A stretch of DNA of 64,000 nucleotides from a bacterium (GTDB lineage: Bacteria > Chloroflexota > Dormibacteria > Aeolococcales > Bog-877). Below the pieces are notes generated by a model that ran no database searches, had not been told where the DNA came from, and saw only the letters and a list, made by a program, of their open reading frames with translations. Location of the stretch: assembly GCA_021795235.1 (NCBI GenBank), contig JAJYPP010000006.1, forward strand, positions 3,333 through 67,332, in the 5' to 3' direction. Below, in pieces: positions 28,384 through 36,937 of this stretch. The number at the start of each line of letters is the position of its first letter. The stretch's first letter is position 1. The position numbers and the translations under genes were made by a program.

Positions 28384-28720
28384 GTTGCGAACACTTGCTC
28401 GTACGCTGGGCTGTAATCAGCGCTGATGAGTCTCAAGGAGGTGTAGCCGCAGGCCCAAGACCTCCGCGACTGGCCGGACCATGCCAGTTGTGGCTCAGTT
28501 GGAGCCACGGCCCCGCTCGTTCCCGGGCCGTCCGCGGACGGTACAGGCGGCGGCTCGGATGCTCGGATGCTCGGATGACCGGTCACCTGAGGAGTGGACA
28601 TGCGACCAGCGCCTCGGCGCGGGCGGTTCGCGGTGAGGCCAGAACCGAACCCAGCAAAGGAGGAACCCGCGAGGGGTGTCACAGCAGTCGGCTCACCAAA
28701 GTTCACTGCAGTGGCAACGG
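28384..28720 (+). repeat. Copy B of the ~320-nt non-coding structured element
   Basis: See copy A. Differs from A by scattered substitutions, 1-nt indels and a 16-nt expansion (two extra gctcggat units). Confidence 0.75.
28553..28576 (+). repeat. Tandem octamer (gctcggat) x3 inside copy B
   Basis: Three perfect head-to-tail units. Copy A has a single unit at the homologous position. Confidence 0.9.
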
Positions 28721-29111
28721 TGGGTCAGCCGCCCGCCGCCGTTCCAGCCGGGGCGCGGTGCGGTCCGGCGACCGCTCCCGCCTGGCGGCGGAATCACAAC
28801 CAGTGCAAGGCGAGAGCGTCTCTGCCGCGCTCGGCAGCTCCAGCCGGGGCGCCGGCGGGCGTCCTGGGGGGGAAGTCACGGCGAGGGGCGACCGCAGTGG
28901 CATTGAGGTTGCGGTGGAAGCCGCGCCTGTCGGCGGCCAGGAGAATCTGAACGTTGGCGGCCAGCAAGACCGCGCGGGGCAAGGTGAGGTGGGTTTGGGA
29001 GGGGGCTTGTGGGGTTTGCTGACGGCGGGGCGGCACCCAGCGCCTCGGAGGTCCGTGCCGGAGCTGTCCACCGTCCTGCCCCAGGACAAGTCCTGTCGTC
29101 AGGCGCCCGGT

Positions 29112-29606
29112 TCAGAGGCCCGGAACACACTCCTCCAGGCGGAAACCGGACTCTGGCCCTCCGCACTCCGGGCAGCCGGATGGCGGGACCACCCCGCGGA
29201 CGGCTCCGCCACAAGTTTGGCAAACCCACTGATGGCGGCACAGGAAGCTGACCAGGCCGTGGCGCGAGAGCCTGCCAACCAACTTCCCGTGGTTGACCAC
29301 CGCTATTGCCGGCATGCGCCGCTGCAGGAGCAGGTCGGCCGCCTCGGTGACCGGCCTGTCCTCGTCGACGGTTCCCAAGGGCGGCGCCATCACTTCGCCG
29401 ACGGTCTGGTTCCGGAGCCGTCCCAGAGCGGCGCGCTCGATCAAGCCCACCACCTGCATGTGCTCGTTGATCACGGGCATGCCGGCGACGCGGTTGAGGC
29501 GCAAGGTCTGAGCGGCCTTGGTCGCTGACTCGCGATCTTCCACCGCCAGGACATCCCGGCTCATCACCTCCCACACCCGCAAGCTCAGCGTATCGGTCGA
29601 CATCAC
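29112..29606 (-). CDS. CBS-domain pair protein with C-terminal zinc ribbon
   Basis: VMSRDVLAV...GMPVINEHMQVVGLI and VMAPPLGTVDED...PAIAVVNHGKLVGRLS form two CBS motifs. The tail CQTCGG...GCPECGG is a CxxC-x14-CxxC ribbon. Confidence 0.75.
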   Translation of the reverse strand: MMSTDTLSLRVWEVMSRDVLAVEDRESATKAAQTLRLNRVAGMPVINEHMQVVGLIERAALGRLRNQTVGEVMAPPLGTVDEDRPVTEAADLLLQRRMPAIAVVNHGKLVGRLSRHGLVSFLCRHQWVCQTCGGAVRGVVPPSGCPECGGPESGFRLEECVPGL

Positions 29607-30264
29607 TCCGATCTCGTGGTCCTGGTCTCCATCGCCGATCCAGCTGGACCCTACACCCCGGCGCCGACGCTGACCAACGGGGAATCCCTCGGGTGGTCGA
29701 CGTGAGTGATCACGGATCCTGGCCTGTGCCCATAGAGCGAGCGCAAGCCCCCGGCTTCAGCCGTGGGGTCGAGCGAGCGCACGGAGTGGAACAAGGAAAG
29801 CTCGATACGGAGCGCGGCTCCAGCCCCAGGACTTCGGGGCAGGCCGGCATCGAGCGGCATGGAACCCACAAGTCAGCTGCTGTGCGGCGGTACCGGAAGC
29901 GGAGCTTCTGGACAGAGTGGGTCGGCTTGAACCCGGTACAACCCCGGTCCACGGCGGGGTCGGTGAAAGCCGCCCACGAGACAGCCGGGGCCAGACGGGA
30001 GTCCCCCGGATTCATCCGTGGGGAGGAGGTCAAACTCGACGCCGGTGGTGGCGCTGCTCCAGTCTCCACCGGTGCGCGACCACGTCCGCTGTCCTTTCAC
30101 CGGGGCCACCTGGCTGGTTCCCCCGCGCCGAAGTCGGAGCCGCCGATCCCGGGAGCGGGCCGGCGCGGCGATTCCCGCTGTAGCTGGGGGCGGCGAATCG
30201 TGGCGCACTGAACCGCTGGGCTCATCGCTCCGTGCCCGCCGGATCCTCTCGCTTGAAGGCGGGA

Positions 30265-30289
30265 GAGTGGGGGCGTGCCGCCCTCACTC
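30265..30289 (-). terminator. GC-rich stem-loop at the end of the oxidoreductase operon
   Basis: gagtgggggcg (30265-30275) pairs with cgccctcactc (30279-30289): 11 bp including one G-U, with a 3-nt loop. It starts at the porB-like stop codon. No clear U-tract, so terminator function is tentative. Confidence 0.4.
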
Positions 30290-31307
30290 AAAGGCTCTCC
30301 CACTCGGTCGCGCCGGGCCGGATCCCGACCCGGCGTGGATGGGCGGGCCATCTCTCCGGGAGCTCCTGCCCGTCGGAGCGGCAGCGCCGGACCAGCTCCT
30401 GCCACTGGGAGTCGACCTCCGCTTGGACCGCCGCGACCTCCCCTTGCGCCTCCGGGCCAAGGAGGTGGCGGAAGCGGGCCTGGCCCTCCAGCCATCGCTG
30501 GACCGGGAGCGGAGTCGAGGGGATGTAGTTGAGGTGGTATCGACCGCCATCCACCTCGTAGAGCGGCCAGAAGCGCGTCTCGACCGCAAGGTCCAGCAGC
30601 CTCGGGCCAATCCTGGCCTCGTGGCCCCAGCCCAATGGGCAGTCGGTAAGCACGTTGAGGAAGGATGGCCCGGTGGCCATGGCCGCCCGGGCGACCTTGA
30701 TGCTCAGGTCGTGCCAGTAGGAGGCGACGGCCTGGGCGACGTAGGGGATGTGGTGAGCGACCGCCACCGCGGTGATGTCCTTGCGCTGCTGGGCCTTTCC
30801 CAGGCTGGCTCGGCCACTGGGGCTGGTGGTGGTGCTGGCTCCCCGCGGAGTGGCCCCAGAGCGCTGGATGCCGGTGTTCATGTAGGCCTCGTTGTCGTAG
30901 CAGACGTAGATGAGGCGGTGGCCTCGCTCCAGAGCCCCGGACAGGGCCTGGAGGCCGATATCGTAGGTGCCCCCGTCGCCGGCCAGGACCAAGAAGGTGA
31001 TCTCGCCATCCTGAGGCAGGCGGCCGCGGCGGGCCAGGACCCGGTAGGCGGTCTCGATGCCGCTCATGGTGGCCGCCGCGTTCTCAAAGGCCACGTGGAG
31101 CCAGGGGACGTTCCAGGCGGTGGTGGGGTAGCGACTGGTGGCCACCTCCAGGCAGCCGGTGGCGGTGACGACCACCACGGGGGTAGGGATGCTGTCGATT
31201 ACGGTGCGGACCACGGTGGGGATCCCGCAGCCCTGGCAGAGGGCATGACCTCCACGCAGGGGGGGCGTCCCGTGCTCACGCCGCACCATCTGCTTGATTG
31301 TGGTCAC
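30288..31307 (-). CDS. 2-oxoacid:ferredoxin oxidoreductase beta (TPP-binding) subunit
   Basis: HALCQGCGIPTVV... and LAGDGGTYDIGLQALSGALERGHRLIYVCYDNEAYMNTG are typical of the PorB/KorB family. Confidence 0.85.
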   Translation of the reverse strand: MTTIKQMVRREHGTPPLRGGHALCQGCGIPTVVRTVIDSIPTPVVVVTATGCLEVATSRYPTTAWNVPWLHVAFENAAATMSGIETAYRVLARRGRLPQDGEITFLVLAGDGGTYDIGLQALSGALERGHRLIYVCYDNEAYMNTGIQRSGATPRGASTTTSPSGRASLGKAQQRKDITAVAVAHHIPYVAQAVASYWHDLSIKVARAAMATGPSFLNVLTDCPLGWGHEARIGPRLLDLAVETRFWPLYEVDGGRYHLNYIPSTPLPVQRWLEGQARFRHLLGPEAQGEVAAVQAEVDSQWQELVRRCRSDGQELPERWPAHPRRVGIRPGATEWESL

Positions 31308-32482
31308 CCGCCGGCCCTCAATCCCAGGTACCGGGTATCGCCACTCACCCCATCTGCTGTGAGGGACCGAAAGCCCTCCCTCAGGGTCTCGGGCTGGATG
31401 TCGCGCCCTCCCAGCCCTGCCACCAGGCTGACCAGCCGGGGCACTGCTCCTCCCAGGGCGGCGGCCACCTCTGCGTAGAGGGCGGGGTGACCGCCGGGGG
31501 ATACCGAGCGGTCCAGCACGCCCGCGGCGCGCCGGCCCGCGAGAGCCTCGCGCAGTGGTCCGGACGGGAAGGGACGAAAGGCGGTCAGCTTGACCAACCC
31601 CACCGCCTGCCCCTCCTCGCGGAGTTCGTCCACGACGTCCTTGGCGGTGCCGGCGGTGGAACCCATGCAGACCAGGGCCAGCTCCGAGTCCTCCAGCCGG
31701 TAGCTCTCCATCGCTGCCAGCCGCCGCCCGGTGAGACGCTCCAACTCTTGGGCCAGGACGGGCAGAATGTCCAACGCTGCGTCGATCGCAGCCACCTGGG
31801 AGCGCTTGATCTCAAAGAAGTAGTCGGGCATGGCGAAGGGCCCCTGGGTGGTGGGCTCGGCCACCTTGAGCAGGGGGTGCGGGATCCGGTATTCTCCGAC
31901 AAAATCCCGTACCACTTGGTCGGGGAGCAGGGCGACCGGCTCGGCGGAGTGGGTGATGGTGAACCCGTCCAGGCAGACCAGCACCGGGAGCAGGACCGCA
32001 GGGTGCTCTGCCAGGCGGGGAGCCAAGACGGTCAGGTCATAGGCCTCCTGGGCATTCTCCGCGAACAACTGGAGGGCCCCGGAGTCCCGCACCAGCATGC
32101 TGTCGGAATGGTCGCCGTGGATGTTGATAGGGGCCGAGAGGGCCCGGTTCCCCACCGCCATCACCACCGGGGCCCGGGCTCCCGCAGCAATGTAGACCAC
32201 CTCGGCCATCAGGGCCAGCCCCTGGGATGCGGTGGCGGTCATGGTCCGGGCCCCGGCCAGGGCGGCTCCGATGGCCGCGCTCATGGCCGAGTGCTCCGAC
32301 TCCACGTCGATCAACTCGCCGGTGGCCTGCCCGTCAGCCACGAACTGAGCGAAGGCCTGGATGATAGGGGTCTGCGGAGTGATCGGGTAGACCGGGACCA
32401 CCTCCGGGTCGATCTGGCGCATGGCGTGGGCCACCGCCTCACCGCCGGAGAGGAGTTGCTCGGTCGCCAGTTCAAGCGCCAT
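31304..32482 (-). CDS. 2-oxoacid:ferredoxin oxidoreductase alpha subunit
   Basis: [31 protein letters not shown] and [31 protein letters not shown] are PorA-type motifs. ATG 32482 chosen. Confidence 0.85.
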   Translation of the reverse strand: MALELATEQLLSGGEAVAHAMRQIDPEVVPVYPITPQTPIIQAFAQFVADGQATGELIDVESEHSAMSAAIGAALAGARTMTATASQGLALMAEVVYIAAGARAPVVMAVGNRALSAPINIHGDHSDSMLVRDSGALQLFAENAQEAYDLTVLAPRLAEHPAVLLPVLVCLDGFTITHSAEPVALLPDQVVRDFVGEYRIPHPLLKVAEPTTQGPFAMPDYFFEIKRSQVAAIDAALDILPVLAQELERLTGRRLAAMESYRLEDSELALVCMGSTAGTAKDVVDELREEGQAVGLVKLTAFRPFPSGPLREALAGRRAAGVLDRSVSPGGHPALYAEVAAALGGAVPRLVSLVAGLGGRDIQPETLREGFRSLTADGVSGDTRYLGLRAGG

Positions 32483-32759
32483 CTTCGGCCACCATGAGGA
32501 TCGCCCCGCTGGGGCAGACCTCGGCACAGATCTCGCAGCCCTTGCAGACTCCCAGGTCGAACCCCTGGAACGAGGTTCCGTCCAGCTCGATTGCGGAGTC
32601 GGGGCAGTAGATCCAACAGAGCAGGCAGTTCACGCACTTGCTGAGATCCGCCTCCGGCACCAGCCCGGTGCGCCAGCTGCCGGTCTCCACACGCGGCGCC
32701 GTCTGCGGGTCGATGGCGGCCCCCGGCGTGAGCTCCTGCCAGGACTTCAGCTCGCCCAT
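32472..32759 (-). CDS. 2-oxoacid:ferredoxin oxidoreductase delta subunit (2x[4Fe-4S] ferredoxin)
   Basis: [12 protein letters not shown] and [12 protein letters not shown] cluster motifs. Confidence 0.85.
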   Translation of the reverse strand: MGELKSWQELTPGAAIDPQTAPRVETGSWRTGLVPEADLSKCVNCLLCWIYCPDSAIELDGTSFQGFDLGVCKGCEICAEVCPSGAILMVAEDGA

Positions 32760-33322
32760 GGCGTCGCCTCCTGGCTGAGCAGGTGGTACCCGTCGGCGAT
32801 GGCCCGGCTGAGGCCGACGCGACCTGTGGGGCCGAGCTTGGGGCCCAGAACCTGAGCCGCAGCCTGCTGCAGCTGCTCCAGGTCCGGCTCGGCCAGCCCC
32901 GCGGCCAGCGCCCCCAGCATCACCATGTTGGAGGAGCTGGAGCCGGCCTCGGCCCCCAGTCTGGACGCGGGCAGCGACCGCACCCTCATGGTCAGGCCGA
33001 ACTCACGGCTCAGCTGCTCCGAACTCACTTCCGAGTTCACCAGGAGGGTACCCTCCCTCCCCAGTCCACTCCATGTCTTGGGGGAGTGGAGGAGGGATGC
33101 GTCCAGCACCACCACCACTTGGGGGTGCTCCACGGCGTTGTGCCTGCGGATAGGCCGGTCGTCCAGCCTGGTGAAGGCCCGCATCGGCGCGCCCCGCCGC
33201 TCGGGTCCGTACTCAGGGAAGGACTGGGCCCGGCGGCCGGACGCCAGCACCGCCATCGCCAGGAGTTGGGAAGCGGTCTTGGCCCCCTGGCCGGCTCTCG
33301 CCTCCCAGCGGATCTCGATCAC
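32747..33322 (-). CDS. 2-oxoacid:ferredoxin oxidoreductase gamma subunit
   Basis: [43 protein letters not shown] is the PorG/KorC signature. Confidence 0.85.
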   Translation of the reverse strand: MIEIRWEARAGQGAKTASQLLAMAVLASGRRAQSFPEYGPERRGAPMRAFTRLDDRPIRRHNAVEHPQVVVVLDASLLHSPKTWSGLGREGTLLVNSEVSSEQLSREFGLTMRVRSLPASRLGAEAGSSSSNMVMLGALAAGLAEPDLEQLQQAAAQVLGPKLGPTGRVGLSRAIADGYHLLSQEATPWAS

Positions 33323-34698
33323 CTCGGTTCACCCGAGAGCGCGTCGTGGATGGCGCCGGCCACCAACTTGCCCCAGCGCACCGCCTCCACCACCGTGGCC
33401 CCGCCGTTGACCACGTCTCCGGCAGCGTAGTACCTGGGGTTGGAGGTGCGCCCGGTGTCGGGGTTGACCCGAAGCCGGTCGCCGTCCAGCTCCAGGCCGC
33501 CGACCTCCCGGAAGAGCTGCAACCTCGGGGCCTGGCCGATCGCCTTGACGACGGTGTCCGCGGGCAGGGTGAACACCTCCCCCGGCACCGGTTCCGGGCG
33601 GGGCCGGCCACTGGCGTCGGGGGATCCCAGGCGCATCCTCTGGCATTCCACCCCGGTCACCCGGTCCGTGCCGAGCATCCGCACGGGGTTGACGAGGAAC
33701 TGGATCTCCACGCCCTCGGCCCTGGCCTCCGCAATCTCGTGGCGGTAGGCCGGCATCTCGGCCTCGGTGCGCCGGTAGGCGATCGTCGCCCGGCCGGCCC
33801 CCAACCGGATTGCCTCTCGAGCCACGTCCACCGCGGTGTTGCCCCCCCCGATGACGACGACCTGCCGCCCCACCCGAGGCGGGCGGCCCCGCTTCAGCTG
33901 CTCGATGAATTGGAGCGACTCCCAGACCCCTTCCAGCCCCTGGTTGGGGTACTCGACGGCCGTGTCGGGGCCCATCCCGACCGCTAGAACCACTGCGTCG
34001 CACTCCCGCTCCAGCTTCGCCAGCTCACTGGGGGTGGAAATCGGCCGGTTGAGGACGATGTGAACCCCGAGTTGCTGCAGTTGCTCGACCTCGGCCGGCA
34101 ACGGCTGGCGACGGATCCGGAAGGGAGCGATGGCGTAGCGGGCCAGGCCGCCCGGCTCTGGCCGCTCGTCCAGCACCGTCACCGCGTGGCCGCGCCGAGC
34201 CAGCTCGGCGGCCGCGGTCAAGCCGGCCGGGCCGGCGCCCAGCACCACCACCCGCCGCCCGGTGGACGGGGCGGGGACCGCGCCCAGGGCCCAGCGATCC
34301 AGCACCGAGTCAGTGGCGAACCGTTGGAGTTGACCGATGGCCACCGGCGGGCGCCCCTCATGAAGCAGCACGCAGGCTCCCTCGCAGAGCACTTCCACCG
34401 GACAGACCCGGGCGCAGCTCGCCCCCAACGGGTTGGTCGCGAAGACGATCCTGCCGGCGCGCTCCGGGTCGCCGGCGGCGATGGCGCTGACGAAGGCCGG
34501 GACGTCCACATCGGCTGGGCAGGCCACCTGGCATGGTGCTGGAGCATGCGGACCGCCGCACTCGAGGCAACGCTCGCTCAGGAGGACGGCCTCCAGCGGG
34601 CCCAGCGCTGGGCGTAGGTCCGCGAAGCCCTCTTGGACCACTTCCCCCGCCGGTGCCGCACCAACCGCAACCGCATCGATCTGGATCATCTGCCTCAC
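33319..34698 (-). CDS. GltD-family NAD(P)H-dependent flavin/iron-sulfur oxidoreductase
   Basis: N-terminal Cys clusters (CLECGG...CQVACP; CARVCPVEVLCEGAC), VVVLGAGPAGLTAAAELARRGHAVTVLDERPEPGGL, and a second dinucleotide fold VVVIGGGNTAVD. Confidence 0.8.
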   Translation of the reverse strand: MRQMIQIDAVAVGAAPAGEVVQEGFADLRPALGPLEAVLLSERCLECGGPHAPAPCQVACPADVDVPAFVSAIAAGDPERAGRIVFATNPLGASCARVCPVEVLCEGACVLLHEGRPPVAIGQLQRFATDSVLDRWALGAVPAPSTGRRVVVLGAGPAGLTAAAELARRGHAVTVLDERPEPGGLARYAIAPFRIRRQPLPAEVEQLQQLGVHIVLNRPISTPSELAKLERECDAVVLAVGMGPDTAVEYPNQGLEGVWESLQFIEQLKRGRPPRVGRQVVVIGGGNTAVDVAREAIRLGAGRATIAYRRTEAEMPAYRHEIAEARAEGVEIQFLVNPVRMLGTDRVTGVECQRMRLGSPDASGRPRPEPVPGEVFTLPADTVVKAIGQAPRLQLFREVGGLELDGDRLRVNPDTGRTSNPRYYAAGDVVNGGATVVEAVRWGKLVAGAIHDALSGEPR

Positions 34699-35068
34699 CG
34701 GCCGCGGCCATGCTGGGCCTCATCGCTGACTCTGCTGTCGAGTCTGGCCCCCAGTGGAGTTCGAGCCCACCGCGATATCACCTACCGGCCGCAGCGGTCC
34801 CGGCGGAAAGCGCCCAGATCGCGCCGTTCCTTCCGGAGCAGGCCTCCTCGCCCTACCGGGATCAACCGGCAGATCTGGCCCGGGGATGGCCGCGCTGCGC
34901 GCATGATCGGGGCCGCTCGCCGCCACGGCAAGCCCAGGCGCTCTGGGTTCCGCAGCACAGGTGAGTCACCGGGGCGGCACCCGCTCTGAGATCACGATGC
35001 TGAGCGATCATCCACGGTAGTCCATCGTGGGACGGTGCCGTCCAACGGCGATGTGGTCAGTCGTGCGG

Positions 35069-35233
35069 TCAAACGGCCTGTGTGGGTGCACCGCCAGCAG
35101 CCACCTCACGCCGGGTCAGCTCGAACTCCGCGAGACGGTGGCGCTCAGCGGGCTTCCATCGATTGTCATGGCCGGTCTTGTGGGGCTTGCAGAGAGCGCA
35201 GCTCCGCCGCTTCCGCTTGAGTTGCTTTCGCAT
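35069..35233 (-). CDS. Candidate 54-aa basic CxxC small protein
   Basis: MRKQLKRKRRSCALCKPHKTGHDNRWKPAERHRLAEFELTRREVAAGGAPTQAV. The ATG is preceded by GGAGGG with 6 nt between it and the ATG. Not assignable to a family from memory. Confidence 0.45.
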   Translation of the reverse strand: MRKQLKRKRRSCALCKPHKTGHDNRWKPAERHRLAEFELTRREVAAGGAPTQAV

Positions 35234-35367
35234 CCTCAGCCCTCCGTGCCTTGCCCCTTGACGACCGCCCGGCACTCGCCGCGCTCCCTGCCATGCCCAC
35301 CCTCTCGGTAGGGATGCCCCAGCTTCGCGTTCAGGCCCATGCCCGTCAGTATCAGCCATGGGGACGC

Positions 35368-35554
35368 TACGGCCGCCGGTACACCTGGTCGCGCCGCTCG
35401 ATCAGGCCGACCCGGATGGTCTGGGCCTGGTCATCGCTCTCGAAGATGAAGCGCCAAGTCGAGGCGGGGCCGGGCGGCGGGCAAAGGCGCCAGCGCGCTG
35501 GCCTTCCGGTGGGCTTCTCGACGTCGTCCGCTGGGAGCTGAAGGTAGGCCGTTT
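35368..35554 (-). pseudogene. Possible RelE/ParE-superfamily toxin C-terminal remnant
   Basis: The frame after the ALDH stop reads ...LQLPADDVEKPTGRPARWRLCPPPGPASTWRFIFESDDQAQTIRVGLIERRDQVYRRP*. The tail resembles the yRiiY-v-d---v-I--v-hR-dvY ending of RelE/ParE toxins. No start codon and no antitoxin partner. Confidence 0.3.
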
Positions 35555-36937
35555 CTATGGCCGCCAGACCGTCTGGATGTTGGTGAACTCGCGGATCCCG
35601 AAGCTGGCCAGCTCACGGCCGAAGCCGCTGCGACGCACTCCGCCGAAGGGGATGCGGGCGTCGGAGTGGGTCATCCCGTTGACGAAGACCCCGCCCGTGT
35701 CCAGCCTGCCTGCCAGCGCCACCCCATGCTCCGGATCCGCGGTCCAGATGTTGCCGCCCAGCCCGTAGCGCGGGTGGTTGGCGAGGAGGATCGCGTCCTC
35801 CTCATTCCTGAAGGCGGTGAACGCGGCCAGAGGACCGAACGTTTCCTCCTGGAAGGCCGCCATCTCAGGGGTGACCCCGGTGAGGATCGTGGCCGGATAG
35901 AAGAACCCGGGGCCGGGCTCCGGCGCCCCGCCCAGCAAGACCTCGGCGCCCCGGGCTCTGGAGCTTGCGAGCTGGTCGTGGATGTGATCTCGAAGGTCGG
36001 CCCGGGCCAGCGGCCCCATCCGCACCGCGGGATCGGTCGGGTCCCCGACCCGAAGGGCTCGAGCGGAGGCCATGAAGAGCTCCAAGTACTCGTCCAGGAC
36101 CGCCTCGTCCACCAGGAAGCGCTTGGCGGCGATGCAGCTCTGGCCGGCGTTTTGGAAGCGCGCCCGGACCCCCACCTCGGCGGCCTGGGCTAGGTCGGCG
36201 TCCCGCAGAACCATGAAGAAGTCTGACCCGCCCAACTCCAAGACTGACTTCTTGAGCTCCCGGCCAGCGAGCTGGGCCACCTGACTGCCGGCCCGGTCAC
36301 TGCCGGTCAGGGTCACCGCCCGAACTCGGGTGTCGGCTATCAGCCCTGCGACCGGCGCGGTGCCCATCACCAAAGCTGCCAGAGAGCCTTTGGGGAAACC
36401 CGCCTCTTCCACCAGCCGCTCCAGCTCCAGCGCGCAACCGAAGGTGGTGGGTGCGTGCTTGAGCAGCCCCGCGTTGCCGGCCATGAGCGCCGGCGCCGCG
36501 AAGCGGATCACCTGCCAGAGGGGGAAGTTCCACGGCATGATCGCCAAGACCACTCCCAGCGGGCGGTAGGCGACGAAACTGCGCGGAGAGTCCGAGGGCA
36601 TGGGCTCGTCGGCCAGGAAATGTTCGGCCTGGTGGGCGAAGTACTGGCAGCTGATGGCGCACTTCTCGACTTCGGCTCGAGACTCGGCCAGGGGCTTGCC
36701 CATCTCCGAGGTCACCAGCCCAGCCAGGTTATCGGCGTCGCGCCGGAGCAATTCCGCGAGCTCCAGCATCCGCTGTGCCCGCCAGGTGATCGGCTGCTGC
36801 GAGTTGTGCGAAAACGCCGCTTGAGCCGCCGCGAGGGCGGCCCCGATCTCGGCCACGGACATGCCCCGGCGCTCTGCCAAGACCGCCTCCGTGGTGGGAT
36901 TGATGCTCCTGAAGATCGCCTCGCCCTGGTCAGCCAT
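35555..36937 (-). CDS. NAD(P)+-dependent aldehyde (succinate-semialdehyde-type) dehydrogenase
   Basis: 460 aa from ATG 36937. MPWNFPLWQV, VLELGGSDFFMV and QNAGQSCIAAKRF (catalytic Cys), EETFGP. Confidence 0.85.
   Translation of the reverse strand: MADQGEAIFRSINPTTEAVLAERRGMSVAEIGAALAAAQAAFSHNSQQPITWRAQRMLELAELLRRDADNLAGLVTSEMGKPLAESRAEVEKCAISCQYFAHQAEHFLADEPMPSDSPRSFVAYRPLGVVLAIMPWNFPLWQVIRFAAPALMAGNAGLLKHAPTTFGCALELERLVEEAGFPKGSLAALVMGTAPVAGLIADTRVRAVTLTGSDRAGSQVAQLAGRELKKSVLELGGSDFFMVLRDADLAQAAEVGVRARFQNAGQSCIAAKRFLVDEAVLDEYLELFMASARALRVGDPTDPAVRMGPLARADLRDHIHDQLASSRARGAEVLLGGAPEPGPGFFYPATILTGVTPEMAAFQEETFGPLAAFTAFRNEEDAILLANHPRYGLGGNIWTADPEHGVALAGRLDTGGVFVNGMTHSDARIPFGGVRRSGFGRELASFGIREFTNIQTVWRP

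Noticed and set aside
28535-28552. GGACGGTAC(C/A)GGCGG in copies A and B, resembling the T-box sequence GGTGGTACCGCG.
   Set aside because: There is no specifier-loop or terminator-antiterminator architecture, no downstream aminoacyl-tRNA synthetase or amino-acid gene, and copy B faces a convergent gene.
28553-28576. Short tandem repeat considered as a possible CRISPR or minisatellite.
   Set aside because: The 8-nt units are directly adjacent with no spacers, there are only three copies, and no cas genes are present. It is a simple slippage expansion.
30020-30075. tmRNA-like 5' motif GGGGAGGAGGTCAAACTCGACG (plus strand) and GCAGCGCCACCA (minus strand).
   Set aside because: A plus-strand tmRNA would have to extend ~350 nt into the porB-like coding region. 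On the minus strand no T-arm precedes the CCACCA. These are isolated motif resemblances only.
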